A stretch of DNA of 60,459 nucleotides, filler included, from Dirinaria sp. TL-2023a (taxonomy: Eukaryota), in the NCBI GenBank assembly GCA_051941275.1. It is 8 parts of 8 records of this genome, joined end to end, with 100 filler letters (N's around TTAATTAATTAA, not from the genome) between each part and the next. Parts side by side here need not be neighbours in the genome. Positions count along the whole stretch, not along the records: positions 1 to 7,480 come from JAVEBF010001306.1; positions 7,581 to 15,058 come from JAVEBF010001307.1; 6 more parts are not named here. The stretch is one strand, 5' to 3'. The translations under genes and the position numbers were made by a program. Below the pieces are notes generated by a model that did no database searches, was not told the origin of the DNA, and worked only from the letters and a program-made list of their open reading frames with translations. Below are positions 1-12,938 of this stretch, piece after piece (position 1 is the first letter of the stretch; every line of letters begins with the position of its first letter).

Positions 1-534
1 GTTGAGAGGTGATTGATCGAAGCCTTCGCCGCCTCTTCCCCAGCACTTTGATTTGATTGATTTGATGTGGCTTTTTTTGGGGGGGTGGAGTTTGCTCGAG
101 GTGCTTGGTAGGATCTTGTATAAGGGTTGATTTAGGTTCTTCTCTAGACCTCCTTACGCAAGGGCATACGCACTACCCAGGGAAAAAGGGCGGATGGGGT
201 ATCCGAATCAGATATGTACAGACACATACGATATGATTTTTTCCGGGTACAAAAAAACCAAACCTCCAATGGTGTCTGAAGCTATGATACAAAGGTAGCT
301 TAGTAGCTGCGAAGATTTAGCTGTCTACTTTCATCTATCTGAACTGATGAATGATGGTAGTAGTATTGCCACTCACGAACAACGCCCGTCAATGCTCTCA
401 CCCCCACCCCACTTTTCACCCTTTCGCCGTCGCTGATGTGTGATGTGGTATCATATGCAATCCTCCATCCCGTGAAAACTCCTGTTCCGCAATCCAAATT
501 TTGATGCTGCTGGTTGGCTGGCTGGCTGATGGGT

Positions 535-2729
535 TCAAGAAGAACCTTCGCGCCGCTCAGCCGTCTCAGTTGATTTCTCAGCCGCGATATCCTCGAGCTC
601 GCGTTCTTCGCGGCCTTCGGCCTTCGCTACGTCGCCCTCTTCGTTCATGACGTCGTCATCGTTACCGGTCTCGTTGGCATTGACGTCGGCCGAGGCGGTT
701 GGTGCTGCTGCGGTTGGGGGAGGGGAGTCTGGCGGCGTGGCTTCTTGGGGCCGGGAGGCGGTGATGCCGTTGGTTTGGGTGGTGGTGGCGGTGATAGTAG
801 TAGCAGCGGTGATGTTATCGGTATTCTGGGTGGTATCTGCCATCTGGACGTCTTCGTCCTCGTCGTCCTCATCATCTGACGCCTCGTTCGAGAGGCCCGT
901 TCCGTTCCCGTTGCTGGCGCTGCTGCGAGCCGATCCATTGGGTGCCGAACGCGGTGCGTCTCCGTTGCGCTCACGGCTCCGCCCTCGTTTCTCTGATATA
1001 GCGCCGCTGCCGGTGTCGTCGTCCTCGTTGAGTCCGCCGCCGAGGTTCTGGTAGTCCATCATGTTCCTGCGCTTACGGGTGCCCGGTTGACGGCGCACGC
1101 CATTGCGCTCGTTCTCCTCCTCGTCTTCGCTTTCGCTCAGCTCGCCTTCTTTCTCCACGTACTTGTCCCAGCGCCGCTTGGTCCATCGCTGGTCTTTGTG
1201 CTCATCTTCGTCCTCGTCATCAAGCATGGCATCCGCTTCATCGTCTAGCCCTTCTGGGTCACGAGGAACGTCGGTCATCTGTACAGAGGGAGCAAAGGCA
1301 GTGCGTTTCAGGTTCTCGATGACCTGCATTTTAATTTTCTCGAGGTATTCCGGAGAGTTGGCGTTGTCCATGTTTGAGGTGCGGACGTCGAGTTCATAAT
1401 CAGGTGCGTAGTACTTGAAGACATATCAGCAGCTGTAGGCAGTTTTAGCTGGGAGATGCTAAGGCGCCTACCTCATAGTAATCGTTGTAGGGCAGTTCCG
1501 ATTTCATCTCTTGTCCAACTAGCAGACCGGTTTCGTAGGCCCATGTACGTGAGACGTTGCGCATCGTGTAGCCACCACCTCCAAGGACTAGGACAGGAAG
1601 ATTGAAGCTTTTCACGAAGTTGACGCAGTTCGCGTGGCCTCGCATACTGAGATTAAAGCAGCCAAGCCGGTCGCCGGATAAACTGTCCCCTCCACACTGA
1701 AGTACTACGGCTTCAGGCCGGTAATAGTCCATAACTGCCTTAATGACGGGCTCGAAGATGTTTTTGTAAGATTTGTCGTCAATACCATCACGAAGGGGAA
1801 AGTTGACGGAGTAGTGCTTGCCCTGGCCAACGCCGATGTCGCGGAGCTCGCCAGTACCTGGGAAATACTCGCCGTATTTGTGAAAGGAGACAGTCATGAC
1901 GCGATCGGTTGTGTAAAAGGCTTCTTCGACTCCGTCACCATGGTGGACATCAATATCAATGTACAAGACGCGCGACTTGTAGCGGAGCAGCTCGAGAATG
2001 CCGAGAACAATATCTACGGCGTGTGGTCAGCAATGTCGGCAAGGCTTGCACAAATAATCCTGTACCGTTGATGTAGCAAAAGCCACTAGCCTCGCTTTTC
2101 TTTGCGTGATGAAGTCCGCCGGCCCAATTCACGGCAACATCACACTTGGCTCGATTGAGGCGGGCTGCCCCCTCCATGCTGCCACCGGCGCTAATCCCGC
2201 AGAATTCGAAGAGACCGTCGAAGACAGGACAATCATCACCGACATTGTACTTGCCTTGTTCCTTGGGGTAGGTCTCCATGTTGTCCGGAGTCACTTTCCT
2301 GAGGAAGTCGACGTACTCATCGGTATGAAACTGGCTCATTTCGAGATGACTTGCCGGTTTTGCGCGCTATGATGTGTTAGAAAGGCGCGCAGAGACGCTC
2401 ACTGTCGGAGTCTTTGAGAAACGCATACAAAGGGGATAGCAGGGAAACGTATAATTTAAGAGCATAGGAAAAGGATAATGAGATCGCTCGCAAAAAGATT
2501 GGTCGGGATTTTTAAAATTTTGGATTGGGAGAGTACCTACGTATATTTCCATATGCTTGTATAAGCCATAGTTCATGATCAAGCTGTGGGCCATTCGAAT
2601 GCGGTGAGGTTTCATTGGGTGGCCTGCGACATAGGCATAATTGCCCACATCAGAATCGTAGAAGTAGGCGGTCGATTTGGAGCGGTTTCCATTAAGGATA
2701 GGCTGATCGAGAGGCGCCACAGACGCCAT
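535..2729 (-). CDS. RPD3: Class I histone deacetylase Rpd3, 4 exons (2729-2541, 2366-2066, 2013-1472, 1413-535)
   Basis: Motifs [66 protein letters not shown] and an acidic C-terminal tail. Three GT..AG introns with CTAAC/CTGAC/CTGAT branch sites restore one frame. Confidence 0.97.
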
Positions 2730-3102
2730 TGTTAGAGACGTGTATAGTAGAAAGGAACTCTGCTATATGGTGAGATCGAAGAGTGTAAAAGTATTTTGTA
2801 GATTGAGAGCAGAGGATGCAGTGGGGAGGAAGAAAGAAGCTGGGATGCAGTGGTATTGTTACCATCATAGGGCTGTTAGCGTCGGCCTTCACGGGCAAAA
2901 TAAATTACTAGCCGCCGACATTATTACCTCAACAATAGAGTACCGAAGCTGTGAATGATCGCGCTACATATCACCTGAGCCATCTTCACTAACACCTGAA
3001 ACACCTAAATCCTTTGTCGCTGCAGTTGAAATCATTGATTGTCTATTGTAGAACAAACATCCAGCAGGCTAGGGCATAGGCTAAGGCACAGGCTTACTAA
3101 AA

Positions 3103-4328
3103 ATGGAGAGCCTCAATAGGATGTTCCGAGGTCAGGGCATGGGGGGTGTCGGTTCAGCGCCTCTAGGAGCAGTATGTCTATTCTCACCTATGGCCTCATC
3201 TTCTTCAGAGGAGGGTACCAGCTCAGCGCTTGCATGATGCGAGTAATTCCTATTGTGACTGAACTGATCCACGACGCAATAGGATTCAAATCTCATCGAT
3301 AACTCCGAAACCGTCTACATCTCCTCACTAGCTTTGCTGAAGATGCTGCGGCATGGTCGCGCCGGCGTTCCTATGGAGGTCATGGGCCTCATGCTAGGAG
3401 AGTTCGTGGACGACTACACAGTACGGGTGGTGGACGTCTTCGCCATGCCTCAAAGTGGTACGGGCGTGAGCGTGGAAGCCGTGGATCCCGTCTTTCAGAC
3501 TAAGATGATGGACATGCTGCGGCAGACTGGGCGGTACGTCGCCTGCTCGGGAAAGCATATGAGGTTGGGGGACTGATCGAAGCATAGGCCGGAAACTGTG
3601 GTAGGGTGGTATCACTCACATCCTGGTTTTGGCTGCTGGTTATCTTCCGTCGACATCAATACACAACAATCCTTCGAACAACTCACCCCTCGCGCTGTCG
3701 CTGTCGTCGTCGATCCTATACAATCCGTAAAAGGCAAAGTAGTGATAGATGCATTCCGGTTGATCAACCCTCAGACACTCATGATGGGCCACGAACCACG
3801 ACAGACCACCTCCAATTTAGGGCACCTAAACAAACCCTCCATACAAGCTCTGATCCATGGTCTCAATCGCCACTACTACAGCATAGGCATCAACTACCGA
3901 AAAACAGGTCTGGAGGAGAACATGCTCATGAACTTACATAAGCACGTATGGACCGAGGCACTGCAGATGGATAACTTTAAGGAAGAAGGTGGCAAAAACC
4001 AAGAGAAGCTGAAACGACTAGTTGGACTTGCAGAGGGCTACGAGAAGAGAGTGAAGGAGGAGACGGAACTGACGAAGGATCAGCTGAAAACAAGATATGT
4101 AGGCAAATTGGACCCCAAAAAGCGTATGTTGGCCCTCCAGTCCACTTGGTAACAATATACTGACAGCATACTCGTGCAGATCTTGAGGACGTCGGCCAAC
4201 AACTAATCGAGGATAACATCGTCTCTGTATCGAGACAAATGATTGACAAGGAGGCTTCCGTTGCGAAAGCGCATGGCGAGGCGAACGGGCATCACGATGG
4301 AGCCATGCAGATTGACGAGGAATTATAA
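3103..4328 (+). CDS. RPN11: 26S proteasome lid JAMM deubiquitinase Rpn11, 4 exons (3103-3171, 3283-3533, 3588-4123, 4180-4328)
   Basis: [31 protein letters not shown] and JAMM motif [17 protein letters not shown]. Splicing gives a continuous frame ending MQIDEEL*. Confidence 0.97.
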
Positions 4329-4460
4329 AGTCAGCTCGGTAGCGATCACGTTTGTCACGATAGATCATTGCATATCCATAAGCATAGATGGTGAACTGTA
4401 AGATAGAGCGGTTTGTTACACCCTGCCTGTATATAGCATTGCCATCTGCCATCATTGAAG

Positions 4461-5527
4461 CTAAGCCTGTGGATGTCCCATGATCGCCTCGATAGCACAA
4501 AGCAAATCAGACCTCAGCGTCTTGTTTACAAGGCCACGCGGTGTCACTGGATCGTCCCATTTGCCAGGGACCCAGACGATCCTCTTGCGCCTTTCTTCGA
4601 CTACACTGCGTAGCCGCGTCATCAACTCGCCGTCTTTCCGGACTGCAGGGTACCTATCAAAGATGACATTATCCAGAAAGAGTAAACGCTCGATGAGCCC
4701 GCCAAGAAGGTTGCTGGAGAAATCGGTGAAAAAGTCCTTGCTGACCCTGAAGCCTTTGAATATTTGATGAGAAGGATCACACTCCACGAAAACAATCAGA
4801 TTGCGCACGGATGTACATTCTCCTAAGCGCAGTCTATCGCTAGCCGCCCACGTCCTCGGAGGCTTTGACCAGCCGGGACCCAGACGCAGCTCCAGAGAGA
4901 CAATTGCAGCTCGGTAACGTGGAGATAATCTCGGGAGAATAGATCGTGCTTTGCTGCCGTAGAAATTCGGGTGGGTGGGGAAGATGCGGAAAGTATTGCC
5001 GCCGTAGAAGACAGGATAGGCTTCCTCATGGAAGCGATGACAGGTCAAAAACTGGCTGAGGCGATCAGCTGCCCTGTGCTGATTTTCGGGACTCAGGTCC
5101 ACCGTCCGGTCTTCCGTTAGGAGATACTTGAATATCTTGCGCCGGAGCTCTGATGGAAGGTCAAAGAAGCGAAATGGTTGTTGTGGGTTTGGAGTGAAGG
5201 CTGGAATAGCCGGCATTTTTTCACCAAGTCTAGAAATACTTCTCCGTGTCTGCTCTGAGGAGGCGGCACTTTCATAATCCTATATACGCATTTGGATGCC
5301 TTGCTTGTGGCAAGCCCACGGGACAGGCAGCTCAATTGTATCCTCACTGCTGTTCTTGGAAGGCAAGCCAGATATTCATCCGTCTCCCCAGCTAATACAA
5401 CTCCATGCTCATGTGAGAAATTGGAGCATAGGGTCTTATATTCTGCTCTGGGTGGTCAACTTTCTATGAAGAGGGAAAAAGAAACTGGGTACCGTTGGCT
5501 TGTGGGGGTTGAAGTCATCGAAAACAT
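4461..5527 (-). CDS. Hypothetical fungal protein with an F-box-like motif (FRFFDLPSELRRKIFKYLL), probably 3 exons
   Basis: The 251-aa ORF 5216-4461 extends upstream in frame to a TAG acceptor near 5280. Two plausible upstream exons (ATG 5527, donors GTACCC and GTGAGG) give MFSMTSTPTSQRAEYKTLCSNFSHEHGVVLAGETDEYLACLPRTA-DYESAASS. The 5' exon model is inferred. Confidence 0.7.
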
Positions 5528-5652
5528 TTCGGACCGACGTTGTTCCCTCTCAGATTCCCGAGATTTGACCGATTAATTTTTGGAACATACTAGTACGAGC
5601 AATGGATACTTGATGCCAGACGCGGAAAGTGCGGTATAGAGAGTAGTAAAAA

Positions 5653-7480
5653 ATGCTGGCTCGGACGGCTGCACGCTCTCTCCATGCTCAGACCAAACCA
5701 ATCTTCTTCCGAGCGTCTCTGCCCTATAGCTATTCGCGAAGATATGCAAAGCCTCCAAGATCCAACAAGCCGACCGGGTCAGACTCTGCTACTCTTTCGC
5801 CGGCTGCCAGTAAAGCTGCTGCAAGCACCCAGCAAGCTTCAGGCTCATCGCATAACGCCAATAAAGACGTGCAAACCCAGTCGTCCAAGGGCCGCAAAGT
5901 ACAAGATGCAATCTCTCCGTCCTATATAGCAGAGGAAGCTTTCACATCAAGAGCCGACTCAAAATTAAACACGGAGCCGACTCCTCCAGCGCCAGGCCCG
6001 GCCTCGGCACCCATCAATCAGACAGAACCAGCCCTCAATCCTGATTACTCAAAATTGCAAGATGAATTCCAGACCTCGCCATCTTCCGACAAGAACACCG
6101 CCCCACAATCATCATCTCCATCCGCGATAGATCCCGCTCAAGCTCAAGAGCAAGTGCAGCAGCAGTCTCTGCCAGACCTTACCCAGGGAATACCCTCCAC
6201 ACTGGACGCTGAAGTCGCGAAGCAGAGTGCTAGATCCAAGCCGACTAGTCTGAATGTTACAGAGGATCCATCGGAGACTGCGCCGGGAGGTGGTAAAGGA
6301 GGAGGTTTACCCAGAGGAGCGTACGAATTGTCCTCCGATCGGAGAAGAAATCGATTGGCAAACTACTTGTACAGCATGCTATTCGGCTCGATATTTGCGA
6401 GTGCAGTCTACTTGGGGAGGAACTGGGAGAATGAAGAGCAGGAGGCTGCGCACCCAAATGCGCCCTCAGGCTGGGGCTTCGGCCTGTTCTACAACCGTGT
6501 GAATGCGAGGTTAAAGGACACGCTGGATTATTTCCATGAGCCAACGTTTCCAAAGCTTCTCCCAGACGTGGATAAGGCCTGGGAGCGACCTTATACATTA
6601 GTATTGAGCCTGGAGGATCTTCTAGTGCACAGCGAATGGACGCGAGAGCATGGCTGGCGGACTGCGAAGCGACCCGGAGTCGATTATTTCTTGCGATACT
6701 TGAGTCAGTACTATGAGCTCGTCATATTTACCAGTATTCCCATCGCCACTGGAGACCTTATAATTCGGAAATTGGACCCCTATCGAATCATCATGTGGCC
6801 ATTGTTCCGGGAAGCTACACGATACAGTGGCGGTGAGTATATTAAGGTGTGTCATGTACAGTCTCCTGCGCCCCCTACTTGCTCATCAAATACTAGGATC
6901 TTTCGTTCCTCAATCGCGATCTGAAGAAGGTCATCCTACTGGACACGGTAGAAGCGCACGTAAAGGCGCAGCCCGAAAACGCGATCATCATCCCTAAGTG
7001 GAAAGGCGACAGCAAGGACAAGGACCTCGTCTCAATGATTCCATTCTTGGAATACGTAGCCGCATTGGGGTTTGACGATGTGAGAGATGTGCTCAAATCC
7101 TTCGAAGGCACTCAGATACCTGTGGAGTACGCCCGAAGAGAGTCGATAGCAAGGAAGAAATTCGAAGAAAAACAAGCCGATGACCGGGCCAAGAAGCCAA
7201 AGAGGTCGGCGGTAGGATTCCTGGGCAGTGCAGTCGGTTTAAGGGGTGCAGGTGGGGGGCCAGAAGGGATGGAGGCTTCACTTTCCGAAGGATTCGAACA
7301 AGGCAAAACCTTGATGGACCAGGTTCGAGAAAGGGGCCAAAAGCAGTATCAGATGATCGAGAAAGAAATCCGGGAGAACGGCCAGAAGTGGTTGGATGAG
7401 ATGGCTGCCGAGGAAAAGAAAATGATGGAGGAGAACATGAAAGGGGGGTTCGGGGGTATGCTGGGTATGGTTATGGGAGG
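5653..7480 (+). CDS. TIM50: Mitochondrial import translocase subunit Tim50, 3'-truncated at contig end (intron 6847-6896)
   Basis: Basic presequence-like N-terminus, one TM segment (YLYSMLFGSIFASAVYLG), then the NIF/FCP1-like domain PYTLVLSLEDLLVHSEWTREHGWRTAKRPGVDYFLRYLSQYYELVIFT...KDLSFLNRDLKKVILLDT. Confidence 0.95.
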
Positions 7481-7580
7481 NNNNNNNNNNNNNNNNNNNN
7501 NNNNNNNNNNNNNNNNNNNNNNNNTTAATTAATTAANNNNNNNNNNNNNNNNNNNNNNNNNNNNNNNNNNNNNNNNNNNN
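7481..7580. other. Artificial contig-join linker
   Basis: N44-TTAATTAATTAA-N44; stop codons in all six frames; identical at 7 places. Confidence 0.99.
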
Positions 7581-10500
7581 GGGGGAGGAAATCTATCTGC
7601 TCCCGAAAACTCCCTTCGCCTTAAACGATTTATTCGGATAGAAAGTTCCTACGAGAGAGACAGATACAGTCAACGCTTGGACAAGGGGGGATATATATGA
7701 TTAACGAGATAAAGTTCGTCAAAGAGAAATATACATATCTCCAAACCTCCACCTCTCCACTACGAACGAACATAACGTCGAATTACTTTCTTTCTTTTCT
7801 TTTCTTTTTTTTTGGGATATGGTATGGTATGGTATGGTGTGGTACTGCATAAACCCAGCTGCTCCGTCTAGATTATTTGCTCGAACGTGAGGTTCTTGTA
7901 CAGTAGCGGATTTTGGAATATTCGAGTGGATGAGGGGGTTTTTTTTAGAGGATGTGGGTGTGGATTAAATTCCGCATGCGCCAGGAGGAAATCTATATAA
8001 TATCCTGAAGAGCAAAGAACAGTGTCAGATTTAGGTGGTGATCAGGTCAATTGACACCTACCTATGTATGTGTATGTTGGTATGTAAATTGTCTAATCTC
8101 CATGGAAAAAGCAATTTATGGGCACTATTTACCCTTAGGTGTTGAGGTTACCTTAACTAGTCTACAAGCTAAACCGTTTTGGTCAATCTATCTAGGGGAA
8201 AAAAAAAAAAAATTTTGTTAGAGGCGTTGAGGTTGCAGTTTTACAGACAGCCCCCAGAGGGAGGGCGGACGGGCTCTTGCGCTGGTTTTCTGATCTGTCG
8301 GGTTTTTCTGAAGAGGTTGGTGCGTCGGGATAAAGATCCTGTTGCTCATAATAATTTTTTATCTTATTAATGCATGCATTAGGCGCTAATATTCTGACTA
8401 GAGTTGGGTATTAGTATCATTGGAATAAGTCTTCAGGCTCCCCCTTCCCCCTTTTTTTTTTCTTTTTCTGTTTTTATGAAGAATAGAAGAGAGTCGTAGA
8501 TCGATGAAAGAATCACGCTCTGAATCTTCGGTCCAGCGATGCATACTAACATCATGACTATCCGATGCGAACATATCTTTCAGGACTTGTGTCCTTGGCT
8601 CGAAGGGCGCGCCAGAGTCAAAGACTTTGTTTTACAAAGAGCAAGGGGGTCTTATTTATAATATCGTCTAGCTCTCTTCGAGAGATGTGATCGTGATGCT
8701 GTGAAAACTGAACTTGGCAAGCGAAGGGGCGCTGGTCGATGCTAATTGAAGTTGTCGTTGGATATAGTTGTGAATGTCTCTTTTTTTTTTTTTTTTTTGA
8801 ATATCTTGCACAACAGTCTGAAGCTTGGATTAAATAATGAAGCTACTACGACATCGGTGGTTAAAATTTCGTAGCGCATGAAGAAGGTCTAAGAAAGACT
8901 ATGGTCAAGAAAAGATCAGGTGACTCTTTTTTTTTTTCTTTTTTTTTTTTGTGGAGGCTGGGAAGAATTGAAGTAAGTCGCTGACTTTTTGTGGAACTTC
9001 GATCAGATGATCAAGCTAAAGATCCCAACCCACATCCTTCGCATCGCAGTAGATCAATGCCGGACCAAAGCATGACGAAGTCATACTCTTGCTCGAACAA
9101 GACGCGCGAGCGGTTTAACAAAAGCATCAGTTTCTCGCTCCAAAGTCTATGCTTCCCTACATCATGCTACCTTCGTTGATTATATACCCCGTGGACGAGA
9201 CTGAAATCCGCAATACTCGTCTGTGGGGCATAGTGCGTGCTTTTGATGCACAACTTGTGGGTTCGTTAACACTTCTGTGTTCCTATCAACGGCAGACAGT
9301 CCGTGAAAGATCGGGCCTCGAAGAGCTTACTAGTGATATGAGGCATAATGAAGGCGTTGGACAGGACCCATGCAATTCTCAGCTGGCTTTCAGTCCGTAG
9401 CAGTTGTATAGCGGCGAGCGGGGAGCAGCCGACCTTGATGGTCAGGAGCAATGATATTTAGACATCAGCATTCGAGTTCGCTCCCTGCCTATTGTTGCAT
9501 CGTTGTAGAGTGGTGAACATTCGATTGGCAGTCTCTTTGTTGATAGCATACCACAAGATACCTTCTCTTCACCCAACGACTTCAAATCGGCATCTTCCAA
9601 AGCTATCAAGATATGGCTCTTAGCTCCGCTGGAGTTAAACGGAAATTGCCGCCCGTCTCAACCAGAGATTTGATTGGGTATGGGAGCGTTGATATGATTC
9701 TAAAATTGACGTGGTGTACCACGAACCTGAAGGTAAGTAAACATCTTATAGCCATTATACTCTGTCATAGAAACAAGTAAGTAAAATCATTCAAGGCATG
9801 GAGAAAAGTAGCAACCTAATCGTAGAAGCTCTGGCGCTTTCGTAGTTACAGTATGGTAGCTTCCGTCAAGAAGGCTTTGTATGCGTAAGACCATGAGTTT
9901 GCACGTTCAAAAATCGTAGGGCAGCAATATTTCTCATAATCCAGTGGTGATGAACAACAGTCTACTACCTTTCTAGGCCTGGTAACAGGATGTGAAATAC
10001 AGCGAATAGAGACAATCTAAAAGAATTTGGAAGGGATGGAAAGAAAGGAAAGAAATTTTCGAAAGAGCGTAATTCAGCCCAGTGCTGGTTTCGATCGCGG
10101 AGCAAAAAGCGGATTTAACATTGATGGTTAAAGACTGATGGAGCCTAGCAGGCTTTAGATTTCTGAAGTCTGGGACGCAATCCATCGATTCAATGGCAGT
10201 AATCTTGAGTGGATAAGAGCTTCCGCACCGCTTGCCTGAATTGAGGAAATGGCCTAGATCAAGGTACATCTATCCCCGAGGCAAATCGGTAGGCAAGATC
10301 AGTCTATCTGTACTTAATGCAGGCTGAAGGCGCAGACATTGCTTTTCCTTTCTCATCCGCCCCCATTCTGATAAGAAACTAGGTGCCTCTTTTTTTCCTT
10401 TTTCCTTTTTCTTTCTTTTCTTGGGCTTGGCAAGTAAAAAGGAACCATGTACAAGTATTTCAAGACGTTTCCTTAACCGCGCTAAGAGTGCGTTCCTCTT

Positions 10501-11420
10501 TCGGGACAGCAGTCCCTACATGAGCTCAATGATTATGAACCAGCCGTTTCTGGCTTTCTAGGATATTCATGACTTGTCTAGCATTTCCTGTCTTCTTTCG
10601 ACCCACCTATGACTGCAATCGCAGTCTTATATCGTGCTGAGCGGTAATGGATACATAGCTGAATGTTTCTGTCCTGCTAGTCAAAGCCGTAATATCCTGC
10701 ATATCCTTGCTTCACTCCTAGAGCCTTCGGCTCACCGTTAGTTGCAGGCACGCTCCCGCAGATGATGGCAGAGGGCAGAAAACCCTCAAGGCTCATCATG
10801 AAAGCCATTTTCCGGGCCTTGGTCTTAGCAGAACACTGAAAAATTAGTAAAGCACCATTTTCTGCTGTTGCCCTGCTTCCTCCGTACTTCTCAAAGACCC
10901 TGTCCGTGGCCGAAGTCCGCTATTCAGGCCAAGCGCCGTTCTAGAGACTCTGAGAATGCTCTTGGTGACATACAATGCTTTTGAACATAGAACGACCTTT
11001 ATGCTCGCTTTACACATGAAGAAATTTTAAGAAAACTACAGCCAGTTTGTCACGCCTCGAACAGGGTAACTTTCGTCGACATGAGTCGACTACGACTTGC
11101 TCTCCGGCAGCCTGTCAATGGTGAAAATGCTCGAGAGAGTATACATTCATAAGGAGCGATCTTGATCGGCGTTGCACGTGCTTTTCATCAGACTTGCAAC
11201 CTTCAGCCTAGTAGACCTGTAATTGCAGGATAGGTTGAGCTCCCGTGGTTAACTGGATCACTCGCCTCGTGCTTGCTCTTGGCTTACTTTCAATGCGCTG
11301 AGGGCAGCCCAGGTCGTTAGCTTGAGCCATCGGGTAGAGGTTCTCGGATCTCGCTATCGTGATTCTTCATGCTGTAAATTTTTATGACGGTCAATGTGCC
11401 CTTTTGCAGTCCAGAATATG

Positions 11421-12654
11421 TCATGGCTTCCCCCTCCTCGTGCGCTCTTCCGCACTAAGAATCTTCACTGCATCTTTGGTGTAGATATAGCTTGCACCAC
11501 TCCACAATGTAGTCGATCCTACAATATACCTGTAATGACTTATATCAGTAGACCGATCTCCTGCTCAAGCATACCGCTGCTCCTTCCCAGCGCCAGAGCT
11601 AACTCTAAGAAACAACGCTTACCACATGACTTCAAGGGCCTTCTGCGAGCCAAGGACGCCCAAATCAGTTCCGAATGCCATCCTACTCATCGTCCACCCG
11701 AGAAGTAGCAGCTGCAAAGCGGTGTTTACCTTGCTGATCTCAGTTGGCCGAACCTCAGCGCTGGGCAGACTGAAGTCCCAGTACCTGGCTAGCGTCTTTG
11801 GCGGAGGCAGAGAGATGTAGCGATAATATATGGCGGCCAGACCAAGAATGACGTCTCGCCCAATTATGAGTACCGCGAGGGGCACTACATTTTATCAGAA
11901 CCTAAGCGGGGAGCTGGACAATAAGGCGCGTAGCTATACGCACCAGGCAAAGCTCCCTTCATGGCCAGAGCGACCGTCGCGACCGTCATCAGCGTTTTAT
12001 CTGCCATCGGATCAATGACAGTCCCCACGACCGTTTGTAACTTCCATTTTCTCGCTATCCACCCGTCGACAAGATCAGTGACTCCGGCATAGAGGAAGAG
12101 GGACAGCGCAGCAAGGTGCTGGTCTTGCACGATGAAATAGCCGATGATAGGCGCGGAGACGAGCCGAGAAAACGTGAGTGTATTGGGCACATTGTAGATA
12201 TTTTCGCGTAGGGCTGGGGGAAGAGAGGCACGAAGTCGACTGGTGAGAGCAGGACGACTGTGGCAGCATTAGCGTCTGCTTGGGAATTTCCAGAGCTTGG
12301 TAGACCTGTGCACTAGCACTGGCTGAGTGATTGTCCAAGGCCTGCTGCTTACGTCTTCACATCTTCCTCCCTGGATACTGGTCCTTTTTCTTCCGCCCAG
12401 ACTCGGCTCGTGGCACTGAGGGCCCTTGAGGAAGGCCTAGATGCGTCAGTTTCATCTGGGCTTTGCTTTGGCGACAGTCAAGCTATGACTGACTGTGATG
12501 CACTGTTCAGCGCTGTTCTCCCATGGTTCGTCCAAATATATCCTGAGCATCTAGCTCCCCCCAACAGATGTGCACTGCTCATGTGTGGAGCTCTGGGCGC
12601 GCATGTTAAGCGTCTTCGCAGGCACCGTAGCGCGGTGGCTGTTCCAGCAGCCAT
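11421..12654 (-). CDS. CRD1: Cardiolipin synthase (CDP-alcohol phosphatidyltransferase), 5 exons
   Basis: ENIYNVPNTLTFSRL, the CDP-AP signature TDLVDGWIARKW...GTVIDPMADK, and PPPKTLARYWDFSLPSAEVRPTEISKVNTALQL. Last exon YIVGSTTLWSGASYIYTKDAVKIL. Arg-rich presequence from ATG 12654. Confidence 0.92.
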
Positions 12655-12938
12655 TGCATCTTGCTCGATCGCGCTTTGGGTCCGATAGATGTCACAGATC
12701 TGATAGCTAGGATCCTTCAGCGGAATTGGCGAATCACGTTGCTGTTAATGCAGCTTACTCGAAAAATGGCAGGGAGGGAGCGATCCTTTCCCATTAAGTA
12801 CCTGTAGCTTTAGGTCACAAGGGCTTGGCAGCAAAAAGAGCACCGAAAAAAAAACAAAAAAAGAATCGCTAACCGTACCGTCTCCCACCAATAATCAATA
12901 AATGCAATCAACCTAGACCACCCCAAACGAAAGCCACA

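Noticed and set aside
3988..3996. Exact PACE/Rpn4 motif GGTGGCAAA in RPN11
   Set aside because: It lies inside coding exon 3 and encodes Gly-Gly-Lys; it is not in the promoter.
7525..7536. Repeated palindrome TTAATTAATTAA about every 7.57 kb
   Set aside because: Synthetic six-frame-stop linker embedded in Ns.
7581..11400. 3.8 kb with short ORFs (e.g. 9973-10269 minus) and stop-interrupted frames near 9400-9900 and 10760-11150
   Set aside because: No recognisable motif or consistent exon model; it may be a decayed gene but cannot be supported by eye.
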